In this document: positions 51,801 to 61,050 of the stretch, piece by piece
How positions within the stretch are numbered: the first letter of the stretch is position 1
Layout: each line of letters opens with the position of its first letter
Assembly: GCA_043228905.1 (NCBI GenBank)
Contig: JBHGNT010000013.1
Span: 16,864,001-16,928,000, forward strand
Reading direction: 5' to 3'
Source: Azolla caroliniana
Lineage: Eukaryota > Plantae > Polypodiophyta
DNA: 64,000 nucleotides
The notes under the pieces: model-generated
The model's database searches: none
What the model was told of the DNA's origin: nothing
What the model saw: only the letters and a program-made list of their open reading frames with translations
Made by a program: the position numbers and the translations under genes

Positions 51801-52314
51801 TGTGTCCTATGCAGGCCGGATCTCGTAAGCTGGGGTCCGATGCAACCCCTTTGATTCGCGACTCGCTGCCCTCCGGTAAGGGCGCTGCAACTGGCCTCAC
51901 CTTCCGGTCCACAGTCTTGTACTTGGTGCTAACTCGGGCCGTCCGTTCCGACTCGAGCCCTCGACCGAAGTCCGCGATGACTTCGTACATTTCTTCGGAA
52001 CATACCAGTATCGTCCGGTCTTCGTTAAGGTCTTCTTCGACTACCTTCCCCAGCATTCCCAAGGTGTCGTCGAAGGAGACTGCCTCCACGGCTCCGTTGA
52101 TTTCTTCGTCAGGGCCGAGAACTCCGCACGCTCGAAGTCTCCCCTCCGTCTTTGTTTTCTCTCGGCCGGCGATGCCGACCATCGTACATGCTCCGCTGTC
52201 GGAGAAGCAAAATTTCCTACCTATTGTACACGGTTTTATCGTACAGATGTGGGGTTTTCCCGGAGCATCCGGACTGTCGCAGCCCCACGCCTTGGCAGTC
52301 CTCTCAAAAAATCC
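48826..52314 (-). CDS. pol: Gypsy-C pol (RT, RNase H, integrase with GPY motif, no chromodomain)
   Basis: 1118-aa ORF that is open upstream to the slippery site. Motifs PFLDDIPIKG, VDTSPTGIG..KRELWG..ETDC, HDSPWAGH..CESC, VDLV/ADRGE/VERGH, RRWFGPYVV. Confidence 0.95.
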   Translation of the reverse strand, partial: GFFERTAKAWGCDSPDAPGKPHICTIKPCTIGRKFCFSDSGACTMVGIAGREKTKTEGRLRACGVLGPDEEINGAVEAVSFDDTLGMLGKVVEEDLNEDRTILVCSEEMYEVIADFGRGLESERTARVSTKYKTVDRKVRPVAAPLPEGSESRIKGVASDPSLRDPACIGHTFTNESLRELKIGGGGFLLPAEEDRFRRMLGRHRKAFAFSPEEIGCVDPTIVEPMVIFTVPHVPWNLKPIPVPRAHIPKLMELLKQKVDMGILEPSSAPYSNRWFTVPKKNGSLRFIQDLQPVNRVTIRNAGIGPTIDEFAEAFAGRSIYSVGDLYSGYDQFQLAVESRDITTMRTPLGLVRMCTLPQGGTNSVAHMVNAMNKVLRDCIPDITMPFLDDIPIKGCPVEEKDETIGPDACRRFVMTHIDDCEKVLQRLEDARLTFSGEKSAFGQSEIMVVGHLCGPYGRKPSPAKVEAISAMKPDCSSVTEVRRFLGACAFYHIWIPHYAHVAEPLYGLLKKGRRFEWLDKHTESVRKLKEALSAAPALRKAVYRKGTPVYITVDTSPTGIGWVVNQEDEDGNRFPIRFGAKVLSERQRGYAQVKRELWGVVSAVKADKDYLIGTEVIIETDCMPILGMVSGCATPDLAMLRWIAYIKSLDPEIRHISGKDNAIADMLSRARFDDEGGMVSEDEEVRVDFFETAFVTTDGTSTPALSDFDASKYDGEWLQIGGFLKTMTPDASWTKDEANRIRKKAYRFFLRDGYLWKHPKKRNGVPLRVVAMKEDQEELLAAYHDSPWAGHRGTWATFEKLKGKYWWPGQYQDVHRFVATCESCQMHSVVRHRDELHPTYPPAIHFKWMVDLVTMPMGVGQMRYLVLAREDLTNQVEGRALPNKTTTAVCRFLIEDVICRYGCVGKIVADRGELDAEEAAELFDRLGIKLSLTTAYNPEANGKVERGHGPIVKALVRACGGRVGNWPRLLPYALWADRTTHSSATGYMPTELMFGQKPIMPMEQTISSWATVDWRDEMSREELLAARIRQLERRPEDVELAAEKLRVARTKNKARFDRTHRLRPKKIEEGDWVLVYDSSLDNQHRATRKFARRWFGPYVVRSANDNGTYHLAELDGTRMAIPVAGKRIKAFKKRHDDEPDPALLVSSDERSENEEEPTGEE

Positions 52315-54431
52315 TCTCGGTTTTCGGAACCGAGGGAGTCGCGGTTACGTTCGTGGTTCGGCCGTACCGTCAGAAACTGGACCGAATGGCGCCCGTCTTG
52401 GCTTTTGACCCTCGCGTAGGCCGAACCATTGTCCAGCACCTTGGTCTCCATTCGCGCCGCCGTGATGTACGGCTCTCCCAGTATGACCGGATGCGAAGAC
52501 GTCTCCTGCACGAAGAAGTGCTGGTCAATCTCGACGTCGCCGATCTTGACTCGCACATTCGGACAGGCCCCGTGCAGTTCCTCGGTGGCGCGCGTTGTTG
52601 CCCTTATTTTCCACCCGTGCTTGGTGTTGATCGGCCATTTGCCCTTCTTATAGAAGTCCATGGACATCAAATTGATCTCCGATCCGTGGTCCACCAAAGC
52701 TATCACCGGTTCCTGGACATCGCCGATCTTCACCGGGGTTTCCGTGGTCGCTCGGGCCCAGTGTGGTCTCGAATAGTGGCTTTCCGCCCACTCGTCTCCC
52801 AGCGTCATGTCGTCTAGGTGCGTCGTCCGCACTTCCACCGGTCTTTCCGGTTCTGTCTCCGTTGACAGCCTCTTCCGTTTCACCAAGTCCACGATGGAGT
52901 CGTGGAACTCCTTCTTGGCGATTCCCAGCACCTCTCGTAACGACAGCTCCACCTTGCTGTCGAGGATCCGTTCCTCCAGGACCTTTCGTAAGTCCGTGGT
53001 CCTTTCTATCTCCTTCCCCAGACGGTACCCGCCCTTCTGGGGTTTATCTTGCGTACCGGCCCCGCCGGCTTCGTCCCGTCGTGGCCCGGACCGGGTCTCG
53101 TATCGTTGTGAGGGCCCGGTCGTCCCGGGTTTCCCCACCCGCTTCTCTTCTACCAGAGCCTCGTAGTTCTGGCAAGCGGCTTCCACGAAGCCCGTCTTTT
53201 CCTCGACCGGGTCGCTCCACCCGGTCATCTCCCGTACCCGTTTCTCCGCACGGTCCGATTCCTCCCTTTTAAGCCTCGCACCGGCAAGGCCTTCCAGCAT
53301 CGTCGGCCAGAATCCGGCTTTGCTTTCCCTTCGGGCCTCGCCGCCCCCAACTCGAATGCCGGCCGACGCCGAGTAGTGGACGGTTTCCGCGTGTCGGGCC
53401 GCCGCCTCTTCCATCAACCTTTTCATACCACCTCGCCCGTCGTTTCGGCTCAGGGCCCTTCGGGTGTCGCTGGCATGCACCCGTCCTTCCCACAGGTACA
53501 CCACCCTGTTCCTCAGCGCCTCCGCGAAGTCGCCGCAGTCCTTCCGAATGTGGCCGACTTCATCGCACCACATGCACCTGTTTCCTGCCGCCGGCCGTCG
53601 GTCACGAGCCGGTTCGCCACCTTCCCTTCGGGCTTGCGCGATTTGGAGGTCCTTTATCGCCCTCGTCAATTCCTCCAGCGCCGCTCCTCCGGTTGAGCCT
53701 CTGACTACGCCGGTCGAAGTCGAACCGGTTTCCAACCACTCTCGGGTCTCTTCCTTTCGCACTTGTGGCGCTGGTTCGAGCTTCCTTGCTGCGACCGAGC
53801 CCGACCCGGTTGCCCCGTTATCCGCCCATTCTCGCCGTTTGTCGAAACGGCCACAGACTTTCTTGACAGCCGCCCAGTCGGTAGTGAGCCCGTCTTCGGT
53901 TTCCAGCAAGAGGCCCACTTGCTCCCGATCCCGCTCGTCGACCAACTTGACAAACAGCAAGACCTGGCTCGTGTCCAGGATGGTTCGGTCGAGCGCCGAA
54001 AGGCGCACAAAGTTTTCCTCGAACTCCCGGAGGAGTGCCGACGCGTTTCTTCCCTTCCCCGGGGACTCCACCCATTCCATGAACCTTCGCTTCGAAAGCC
54101 GGAGCGCGTCGTCCAGCCCGTATTTCTCTAGGAGCCGACCTTCGAACTCCTCCCAGGTACGGCTCTCCGCCCGCACCTCGAGCACCTCCGCATGGATGCT
54201 CGGCATCGCCACTCGGGGAAATCCGGCAAGACGCCTTTCTTCCGGAATGTCCCGCATCAGCATCTCTGCACCGTAGGACGCCAAATACTTCGTGGCATCC
54301 TTCCCATCGAACCGGCCGATCGTGCCGACGACCGCCTCAATAGCTCTGTCGAGGGCACCAGTGCCCTCGCGCGCGTTTACAATCCGATCCACGGCCGAAG
54401 CCATGGCCTCTGCAAGATCCGACCCCCTCAT
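52236..54431 (-). CDS. gag: Gypsy-C ORF1 gag-protease
   Basis: ORF of ~730 aa from the first ATG, with GRFDGKDATKYL, CMWCDEVGHIRKDC and ALVDHGSEINLM..ILGEPY. Confidence 0.93.
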   Translation of the reverse strand: MRGSDLAEAMASAVDRIVNAREGTGALDRAIEAVVGTIGRFDGKDATKYLASYGAEMLMRDIPEERRLAGFPRVAMPSIHAEVLEVRAESRTWEEFEGRLLEKYGLDDALRLSKRRFMEWVESPGKGRNASALLREFEENFVRLSALDRTILDTSQVLLFVKLVDERDREQVGLLLETEDGLTTDWAAVKKVCGRFDKRREWADNGATGSGSVAARKLEPAPQVRKEETREWLETGSTSTGVVRGSTGGAALEELTRAIKDLQIAQARREGGEPARDRRPAAGNRCMWCDEVGHIRKDCGDFAEALRNRVVYLWEGRVHASDTRRALSRNDGRGGMKRLMEEAAARHAETVHYSASAGIRVGGGEARRESKAGFWPTMLEGLAGARLKREESDRAEKRVREMTGWSDPVEEKTGFVEAACQNYEALVEEKRVGKPGTTGPSQRYETRSGPRRDEAGGAGTQDKPQKGGYRLGKEIERTTDLRKVLEERILDSKVELSLREVLGIAKKEFHDSIVDLVKRKRLSTETEPERPVEVRTTHLDDMTLGDEWAESHYSRPHWARATTETPVKIGDVQEPVIALVDHGSEINLMSMDFYKKGKWPINTKHGWKIRATTRATEELHGACPNVRVKIGDVEIDQHFFVQETSSHPVILGEPYITAARMETKVLDNGSAYARVKSQDGRHSVQFLTVRPNHERNRDSLGSENREDFLRGLPRRGAATVRMLRENPTSVR
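52249..52314 (-). promoter_or_regulatory. Predicted -1 frameshift signal G_GAT_TTT plus pseudoknot (Gypsy-C)
   Basis: Heptamer at 52314-52308; stem 1 GGACTG/CAGTCC; stem 2 GTGGGG/CCCCAC. Confidence 0.85.
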
Positions 54432-55855
54432 CTTCTGCTCTTCTGCCGCCTCCTTCACGTCGGGTTCACCAAAGATGTCGAGATATTACGCAAGTGCGTG
54501 TGGGAACGAGGCGGGACCGCGGGGGTCTCGAACCAAAGAGCAAGCGAGGGAGGAGAAAGAGAGAGAACCTGCTACGCAGGACCAGGGATACACAGGGACA
54601 CGGCCCTTCAGCACGGAGAACGCGAACAGACACCGACACAGACAGATGCGAATGACTAAATATATATATTAACAAAAATGGCTAACACGACTACAACCCT
54701 CGATGGGGCACAGGTTGGTTACAACCGAACAAGCCGGCAAACAGATGCCGATGCTTGTTCGCTTCGACGCACAAAGGGGTAGCAGGTCGGAGGTGCTGCC
54801 GGAAGCACTCGGGCGTTCCTCGAAACAGCGCGAGCCTCCTCGGAACCCTGCACAGAAAAGCTATGGAGCTCAAGAAGGAAGGAAACAGAGAGAGAAGCGT
54901 CCAGAAACGGTCCGACAGCACTTCGTCCTCTTTGCGCGAGATCCCTGCAACAGCTCTTTCCTGCTCCTTATATAGGCCGACGAGCAGGCCGTCATGTCAG
55001 CTTTATTCCCTGTCCCTTTCGAACAGGGATCCGCTCCGTTCTTCACGCATCCGCGTAGTTACGCCGCCGACTCGTACAGTTCCTTAGCTCGCGCGCGCGA
55101 CCGAAAAGACTGTTCGCGCGGTCTTTGTCTCCACTTGTGTTAGGGCCCGTTCCTGCCGATTATCCTCCTAATTCGCTTCTATGTACAACTTGGAGCGTGC
55201 GCGCGTGAAGAACCGGTTCCCACGCCTTGGTGCGCCGATTCCGCTTATGGACGGTTTTCTTCACGACAGCGTAACAACGCGACAACGTTTTGTGCAAAGG
55301 TATTCATATGGATAGTCATGATTGGTGGGCTCCCATTAGGTTCGGCCTTAAAGAGACAAGGACTAGGGTCTGGCACTTGTTTCTTTTGCACTGTTCCATT
55401 GGAGGATAGTACCCATAGGTTCATTAAATGTCCTATAGCGTGTACCATTTGGAAGTACTTATCGAACATTTGGCAAGTTTTAACCCGTTGTTGTTTGAGA
55501 CCTCAACAATGGGTTTTTTCTCATTATGTTCAAAATGGATCAAATGATGAGATGGAGATATTGTTCCAATTTTTACGTTATTGGGGTCTACAACACAATT
55601 GGAATATGCATAATGCTTTCATATTTGATAATAGACACGGGGTGAAAGCCTATATAAAGAAGCTTAAAGGTATTCTCATGTGGAATTTTTGGATGTTAGA
55701 GCATGTGGGGATCATTTCCTCAAATGCATATTCAGGTTTTTTAGTAGCATTATAGAACGTCCCTCTCCCTACATAGGCATATGATAGGTAGAGGAGACTA
55801 AGAAGTGTTGTAACTAAGTGGATTTTACATACAATTAATATAATTGTGTGCTTTT

Positions 55856-55892
<37 letters not shown>

Positions 55893-56295
55893 TGAACAAG
55901 AAGCTATATTAGTGAAAAATAGAATTTTACATCCAACAGTAACTAACTTACAAAGGTTTGGTTTAAATACGAAAGTCTAGTCTAGGGCAACAACCCTTTC
56001 AACTATTTACAAAACTAGCCTAGTATGTTCATTGGCTAGTGGGAAAGCACTTCATTGGGAAAGTTAAGTTTGATTCTCAACACGCCCTTCGAACACAACT
56101 TCCGATCGTTGGAGGGTTTTTCTTGTTGTTCGACTTCATTTTGGCTTTTTGAGTTCTTCGGCTCTGTGGCCAGATGGTCGGTCTGATCGGCTTCGACTAT
56201 TCGATTGGTTCGAGCTCCTTGTTCGACTCGATTGTCATCATCATCCTTCGACTCCTCTAGTCGGTTTCGATTGACTGACTAGCTACTATTTGGCT

Positions 56296-58290
56296 TCAAT
56301 TGCTATTATACTCCCCCTTAAGCTTGGTGATGCAAATATCGTGAGACTTGTTGACTCCTAAGGCTTTTGTGAAGATGTCAGCAACCGGAAGGTTTGTGCT
56401 GATGTGTTGTAGGTCGACATCTCCAGCCTGGACACACTCTCGGATAAAGTGGTAATGCACTTCGATATGCTTCATGCACGCGTGAAACATCGAGTTTCGA
56501 GCCAATAATTATTGCTCATGTTGTTGCAGTATAGGCGAATCCGATCCTTGATGGGAACGCCCAGATCCTTCAATATGCGTTTGAGCCAAACATGTTCGCA
56601 TGTGACAACTACCATGGCCCTGGATTTGGCCACTATGCTCGATAGTGCGACTATCGACTGCTTTTTGCTGCTCCAGGAGATCGCTCCGCTTTCGAAGGAG
56701 AAGACGAATCCTGACGTTGATCGTCTATCGACCTTATATCTGGCCTCATCTCCATTTGTGTACCAGTTGAGCCGAATAATCGTATCCGACTTATATCTGA
56801 TGCCGAAATCCATTGTCCCACGGACGTACCGAAGTACTCTCTTAGCGCAATCGAGATGAACATTTCGAGGGTTCTGCATAAATTGACTAAGTAGACCGAT
56901 CAAATATCGTCAATTGATCAATCGTCACCTTCATCATAAAAGCCTATTGATATGCCATATACTCATCGTAGCCGAAATGGCTAACCGAGTTTCTCTCTCG
57001 GGTGAAGCGACGGAACTTCTCGTTTGCAGAGACTAAGGTTTTTTTCGCTCCATTCGTCCGGATGATTGGGATGGCTAAGCCTTCAAACTCACTATCAAGG
57101 GAGTGAGTTGACTCGTTGTCGATCGGATCTTTGTATTCTGACATTTTGGCCTTCCCTTTGTCTAGCCTCGGACTCGACTGAGATGTGCTTTGGTCATTCG
57201 GGGGCTCTCGTGGTCCACTCAACCTTTTCGTAATCGGACTTTCTTCGAACAAGCGTTTGAGTGGATCTTCGTCTTCTATCTTTTGTTTGGCTTATTCCGG
57301 GTCGATTGGAGCTAGAATCGGAGACGATTCTGGTTCGTACCAGGATGCCGACTCGTCGAAAACGACATCTCGACTTACTCGAAATTTTCGGGTGGAAGGA
57401 TTGTAGCATTTAGATCCCTTTTGTTTGAGTGAGTAACCTACGAGGATACATTTCTCTGATTTCGGATCAAGCTTTTGTCACTTCTCATCGGGAATATGCA
57501 CATAGGCGATTGAGCCGAATATCCTAACGTGGGATAAGTTCAGCCTTTTTCCGAAGAACTTCTTGTGAGGGTTACATCGTGTACCCTAGAGGTTATACAT
57601 TTGTTCATGAGATAGACGATTGTGTTAGCCGCTTCTGCCCAGTATGCTTTCGGGAGGTTCTTGGCTAACCCTTTCGGCCTCGGCCGAATCCTCTTCCATC
57701 ATTTGACTAGGAGTAAAGCATCTGACCATCGGGTGCATGGCTCCTTTGTCGGGCATGATTTTCTTTGACCAACAATATTGATTGAAGGTCGAAAAAGGAG
57801 GGAGGATTCTCCCTCGCTAGGATAGCCGATCTGATCGTCCCGAATCATGGTGCTAAGCCGCCGAGGCATATTTGCACCATTTCATCATCGTCGATGATGA
57901 CATTGATCGGCTCGAGGGCATCACACAACTCCTCGATCTTACAGGTATAGCCGGTGATTGACATATCCCTTTGTTGTATATTGTTTAACTCTTGTCAGAG
58001 TTGGAGCTTTCATGCAGCCGTGTTGGCTGCGAAAATCTTCTTAAGATTGCCATAAGCTTCTTTTGATGTTTTTGCGTCTCGAATATAGCCGAGCAAGTGA
58101 TCATGAATGCATGATGCAAGGCAATAAAACACACGGCTTGCGACCTGCTCCTAGGTTGGGTAGTAGGCGTGTGTTGGGTTGGATTGCGTTTCGTGAGCTC
58201 CCTCAATATAGCTCCAATAACCTTGTCCTAGAAGGTATTGATGCATCTTGTATTCCCAAGATGCGAAGTTTGTCCTATCGAGCTTCTCCG
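56296..58290 (-). pseudogene. Copia-3 gag/IN/RT/RNase H remnants with large internal deletions
   Basis: Motifs SQFMQNP..KRVLRY, RRSTSG..SWSSKKQ, KHIEVHYHF..ADIFTK. The linker HFGYDEYMAY resembles Copia-2 [10 protein letters not shown]. Confidence 0.88.
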
Positions 58291-58397
58291 TAGGAAGAGC
58301 GGTTCTTCTCTGTTGTTGAACTGGTTCTGTTGATTGTCAGTGTGTAGCACAACACAGTCGATTAAGCTTGATCAGAAAACTACACGCTTTGGTACCA

Positions 58398-58670
58398 TGT
58401 AAAGAATCGTGAGTGACGTAGGTGATGTTGTGCAACGGAAGTAGACTATGTGTGTGTATGTAAGACAAGCAGAGAGAGAGAGCTTTGAACAAGAAGCTAT
58501 ATTAGTGAAAATTAGAATTACATCCAATACTAACTAAGTGACAAAGGGTTGGTTTAAATACCAACTAGTCTAGGCCAACTGTCCTTTCAACTATTTACAA
58601 AACTAGCCTAGCACGTCCATTGGCTAGTGTGAAAGCACTTCGTTGGGAAAGTTGAGTTCGATTCTCAACA
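58398..58670 (-). repeat. Copia-3 5' LTR (273 bp)
   Basis: TG..CA ends; matches the reassembled pieces within 32051-56082. Confidence 0.93.
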
Positions 58671-58789
58671 GATATCATATGCTTTCAATTACAACATATC
58701 CTATTGATCTATCCTTCTTTAGGGTGCATCACATGGGGTATCATCCCCCTTTATATTTGTGGTCGTTGTGGTTGGTGTTTGAAGTTCAA

Positions 58790-59062
58790 TTATCAACAAC
58801 AATATTCCATGACCAATACTTGAGGGCATGCTTCAAAGAACGAACTACACACTTGCAATACTAGGAAATTAGGTTCGGTAGGGATATACAATCCACTTAT
58901 AAACAAATTCATGAGCTTGCCATCCAACATTATATCTCCATGTTATCAACAATATTCCAAGACCAATACTTGAGGGCATGCTTCCAAGAACGAACTACAC
59001 ACTTGCAATACTAGGAAATTATGTTTGGTAGGGATATACAATACAGCTATAAACAACTTCAC
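58790..59062. repeat. 150-bp tandem duplication
   Basis: AATATTCCA.GACCAATACTTGAGGGCATGC.. occurs at 58801 and 58951. Confidence 0.9.
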
Positions 59063-60509
59063 AACAATTGTGAAGGACTTTGATGGGTATTGTACATGAT
59101 GAACAAATTGGTTCCATTTTCACCTTTGCAAAACTAGCAATAATGTCGAGGAAATTGTTTAAGACTTTGTCTAGAACCATACACTGATTTGATCATTGCG
59201 TACGAGGTTGAATCATACTACTTATACTATGTCCACAATGGGCTTGTAGGCCCAAGTGATTTGCCTAGAGTGTTCTACATGATCATAGGCATCTCCATAC
59301 CTCGTGAACTTTAGGACCAACTTACTTATTTGCGTGAACTCCCACTATTATCCTTGCTCTTAAGGGCGGTTCTATAAATTTTCTATCTAACTCCATTAGG
59401 GAGATTAGTACTTGTATTTAGTTTAGGTTATCATGATTCAACATTAATAGTTTGTTGATAACATTTGTTTGTGTGGGTTATGTTCCCTTTCACGATTGGT
59501 GTCTCACTTATTTGATTTGGTGGTGGTAGAGGCATATTAGGCTAATCTATCCTAATGAGAATGTATTATCGAATTCTCCACTCTCAAGTTGAGAAGTCCC
59601 ACTTAACGAAGTAATTTCTAGTGTCTAATACCGTTTGTTGTCATCAACTCACAGTCTATCGACTTTGGTTTGGCTAAGCGTGTTTTGTTTGGAAGTTTTT
59701 TTTTTGTATTGTGACACTTATTTTGAGCGTTATAGCTTCGTACCTTTGTTCATTAAGCACTTGTATTGATCAAATATTGATCTCTTTCTCTTGATTACAT
59801 CTTTTTTACCTTGTCAAGCTTACATAAATTATTGTTACCCTTCATGTTTGGGTTGTGCTCAAGTGGTACATATTCACAATTGCATAATATAGGGTTGTGA
59901 TGACTTTTGTTCTCAAACATTTTCTCCAAAGCACCATGACTTCATTCTTAGCCAAATTGATTCCATGGTTAATATGTTCATAAAAAGCATGCATCATATG
60001 CAAACTTTTTTGCAATTTGAATTGAGAAAATGCCAAGTGCGTATTGTCTCTATATATGATACTATAAAGTGTCTAAATGTCAAGTTTTTCCTCTAGTAAG
60101 GGTACTTAAATGAAATATTTTAGTTGGTAAATACATTGCCCAAGTTGAATAAGAGGTAAAAGGCATCGTTATCTCATTCTCATGGTGCACATAATTTTTG
60201 TAGAAAAACAATTGTTTGTATTCACCCTATGTTGTCACGAAGTTATGCCTATGCGTGTGAAGTGTGAGCAAGACCATCAAGGACTTGAACTAGATACGAT
60301 GGGTTGCGAATTAGAATTGTTGTGTTGGGAATTTCATGTTGCATGTTGATATTTGGTTTAGGGCTTACAGGGTTTGTTTTCGTGGTTTTTGATTATGCAT
60401 TCATAAGTAAGTTTTATCTTGCACAATTACATCTATGTGGCACACCAGGCCTACATACTTATATTATCCTTTTATTTCCTATCCGGAGGAGAAAGTTGGA
60501 CGAGGAGAA

Positions 60510-61050
60510 ATACAGAATTATGAAATGGAGTATGTTGATTTTCTTCTCCTCTCCTATGGAAGACATGTATTGGAGGTCCTTTATACTACAACATTCCATT
60601 GTTTGGAAGAGGACAAGGTTTGGTCTACAATATCTTCTTTAGTAGTTTGTGTATTATGGAAGGAAAGATGTAAATGTCTATTTCAGAAAATCAAACAAAA
60701 TGTGATGGAGTTAGTCAAGAAGATATGGTTGATGCTCCTACATACTCTAAGAGGTCAATAAGAGGCAATAACTAGTAAGCTTGATGTTGTGTTTCGTAAG
60801 CAACAACATTTTCGAGAAATTTGGAAAAAGGTTGAGGTCTTCACCTCTTTTGGGGAGAGAATAAAGTGGAGATATGCTCCACCAAGATGGCTTTTTCCGT
60901 CCCCTGTTTTGGAAGGACCTTGCATGAGGGCTTCTACTACTCGACATGTTGGTTGATGTGGGTATAAGGGTTATATTTTGCTGTATGAGTTCTTTGTAGC
61001 CTTTGGGCATCTTTCCACTAATACCAAGTTGAATCTTTATTAAAAAAAAA
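60510..61050 (+). mobile_element. LINE-c: 5'-truncated LINE
   Basis: C-terminal ORF2 remnant (LWKERCKCLFQ..KWRYAPPRWLFP) similar to the LINE-a end. A9 tail at 61042-61050. 15-bp TSD GTTG(G/A)ACGAGGAGAA at 60495-60509 and 61051-61065. Confidence 0.82.

Larger units (their letters stand above)
47962..55268 (-). mobile_element. Gypsy-C: apparently intact autonomous Ty3/gypsy element
   Basis: 793-bp LTRs at 47962-48754 and 54476-55268 (about 5 substitutions). TSD GCGT at 47958-47961 and 55269-55272. 18/18 tRNA-Trp PBS at 54454-54471. Both ORFs are open. Confidence 0.97.
37592..55284 (+). mobile_element. Element B1: non-autonomous gag-only Gypsy-related LTR element (~5.1 kb once nested inserts are removed)
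   Basis: LTRs at 37592-38354 and 47163-47961 plus 55273-55284. TSD ACGT at 37588-37591 and 55285-55288. tRNA-Trp PBS with a 5-nt deletion (38359-38371). No PR, RT or IN motifs. Confidence 0.93.
32643..55858 (+). mobile_element. LINE-b: full-length degenerate L1-clade LINE inserted in a (GA)n run
   Basis: ORF1 with CFKCGKLGHFMVEC. APE endonuclease GIYAPN/GDFN/SRLDRMY/SDHFP. RT WRPISL, DLEKAYD, RQGCPLSP, VDDS. The frame is restored across the B1 TSD (HLT|FCAKVFIW). Flanked by (GA)n at 32623-32642 and 55859-55889. Confidence 0.92.
32051..58670 (-). mobile_element. Copia-3: old, internally deleted Ty1/copia element whose 3' LTR is split by 24 kb of insertions
   Basis: Intact LTR at 58398-58670. 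Split LTR at 32051-32121, 32611-32642 and 55859-56082. TSD GATAT at 32046-32050 and 58671-58675. Degenerate iMet PBS GCTTTGGTACCA at 58386-58397. Confidence 0.93.
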
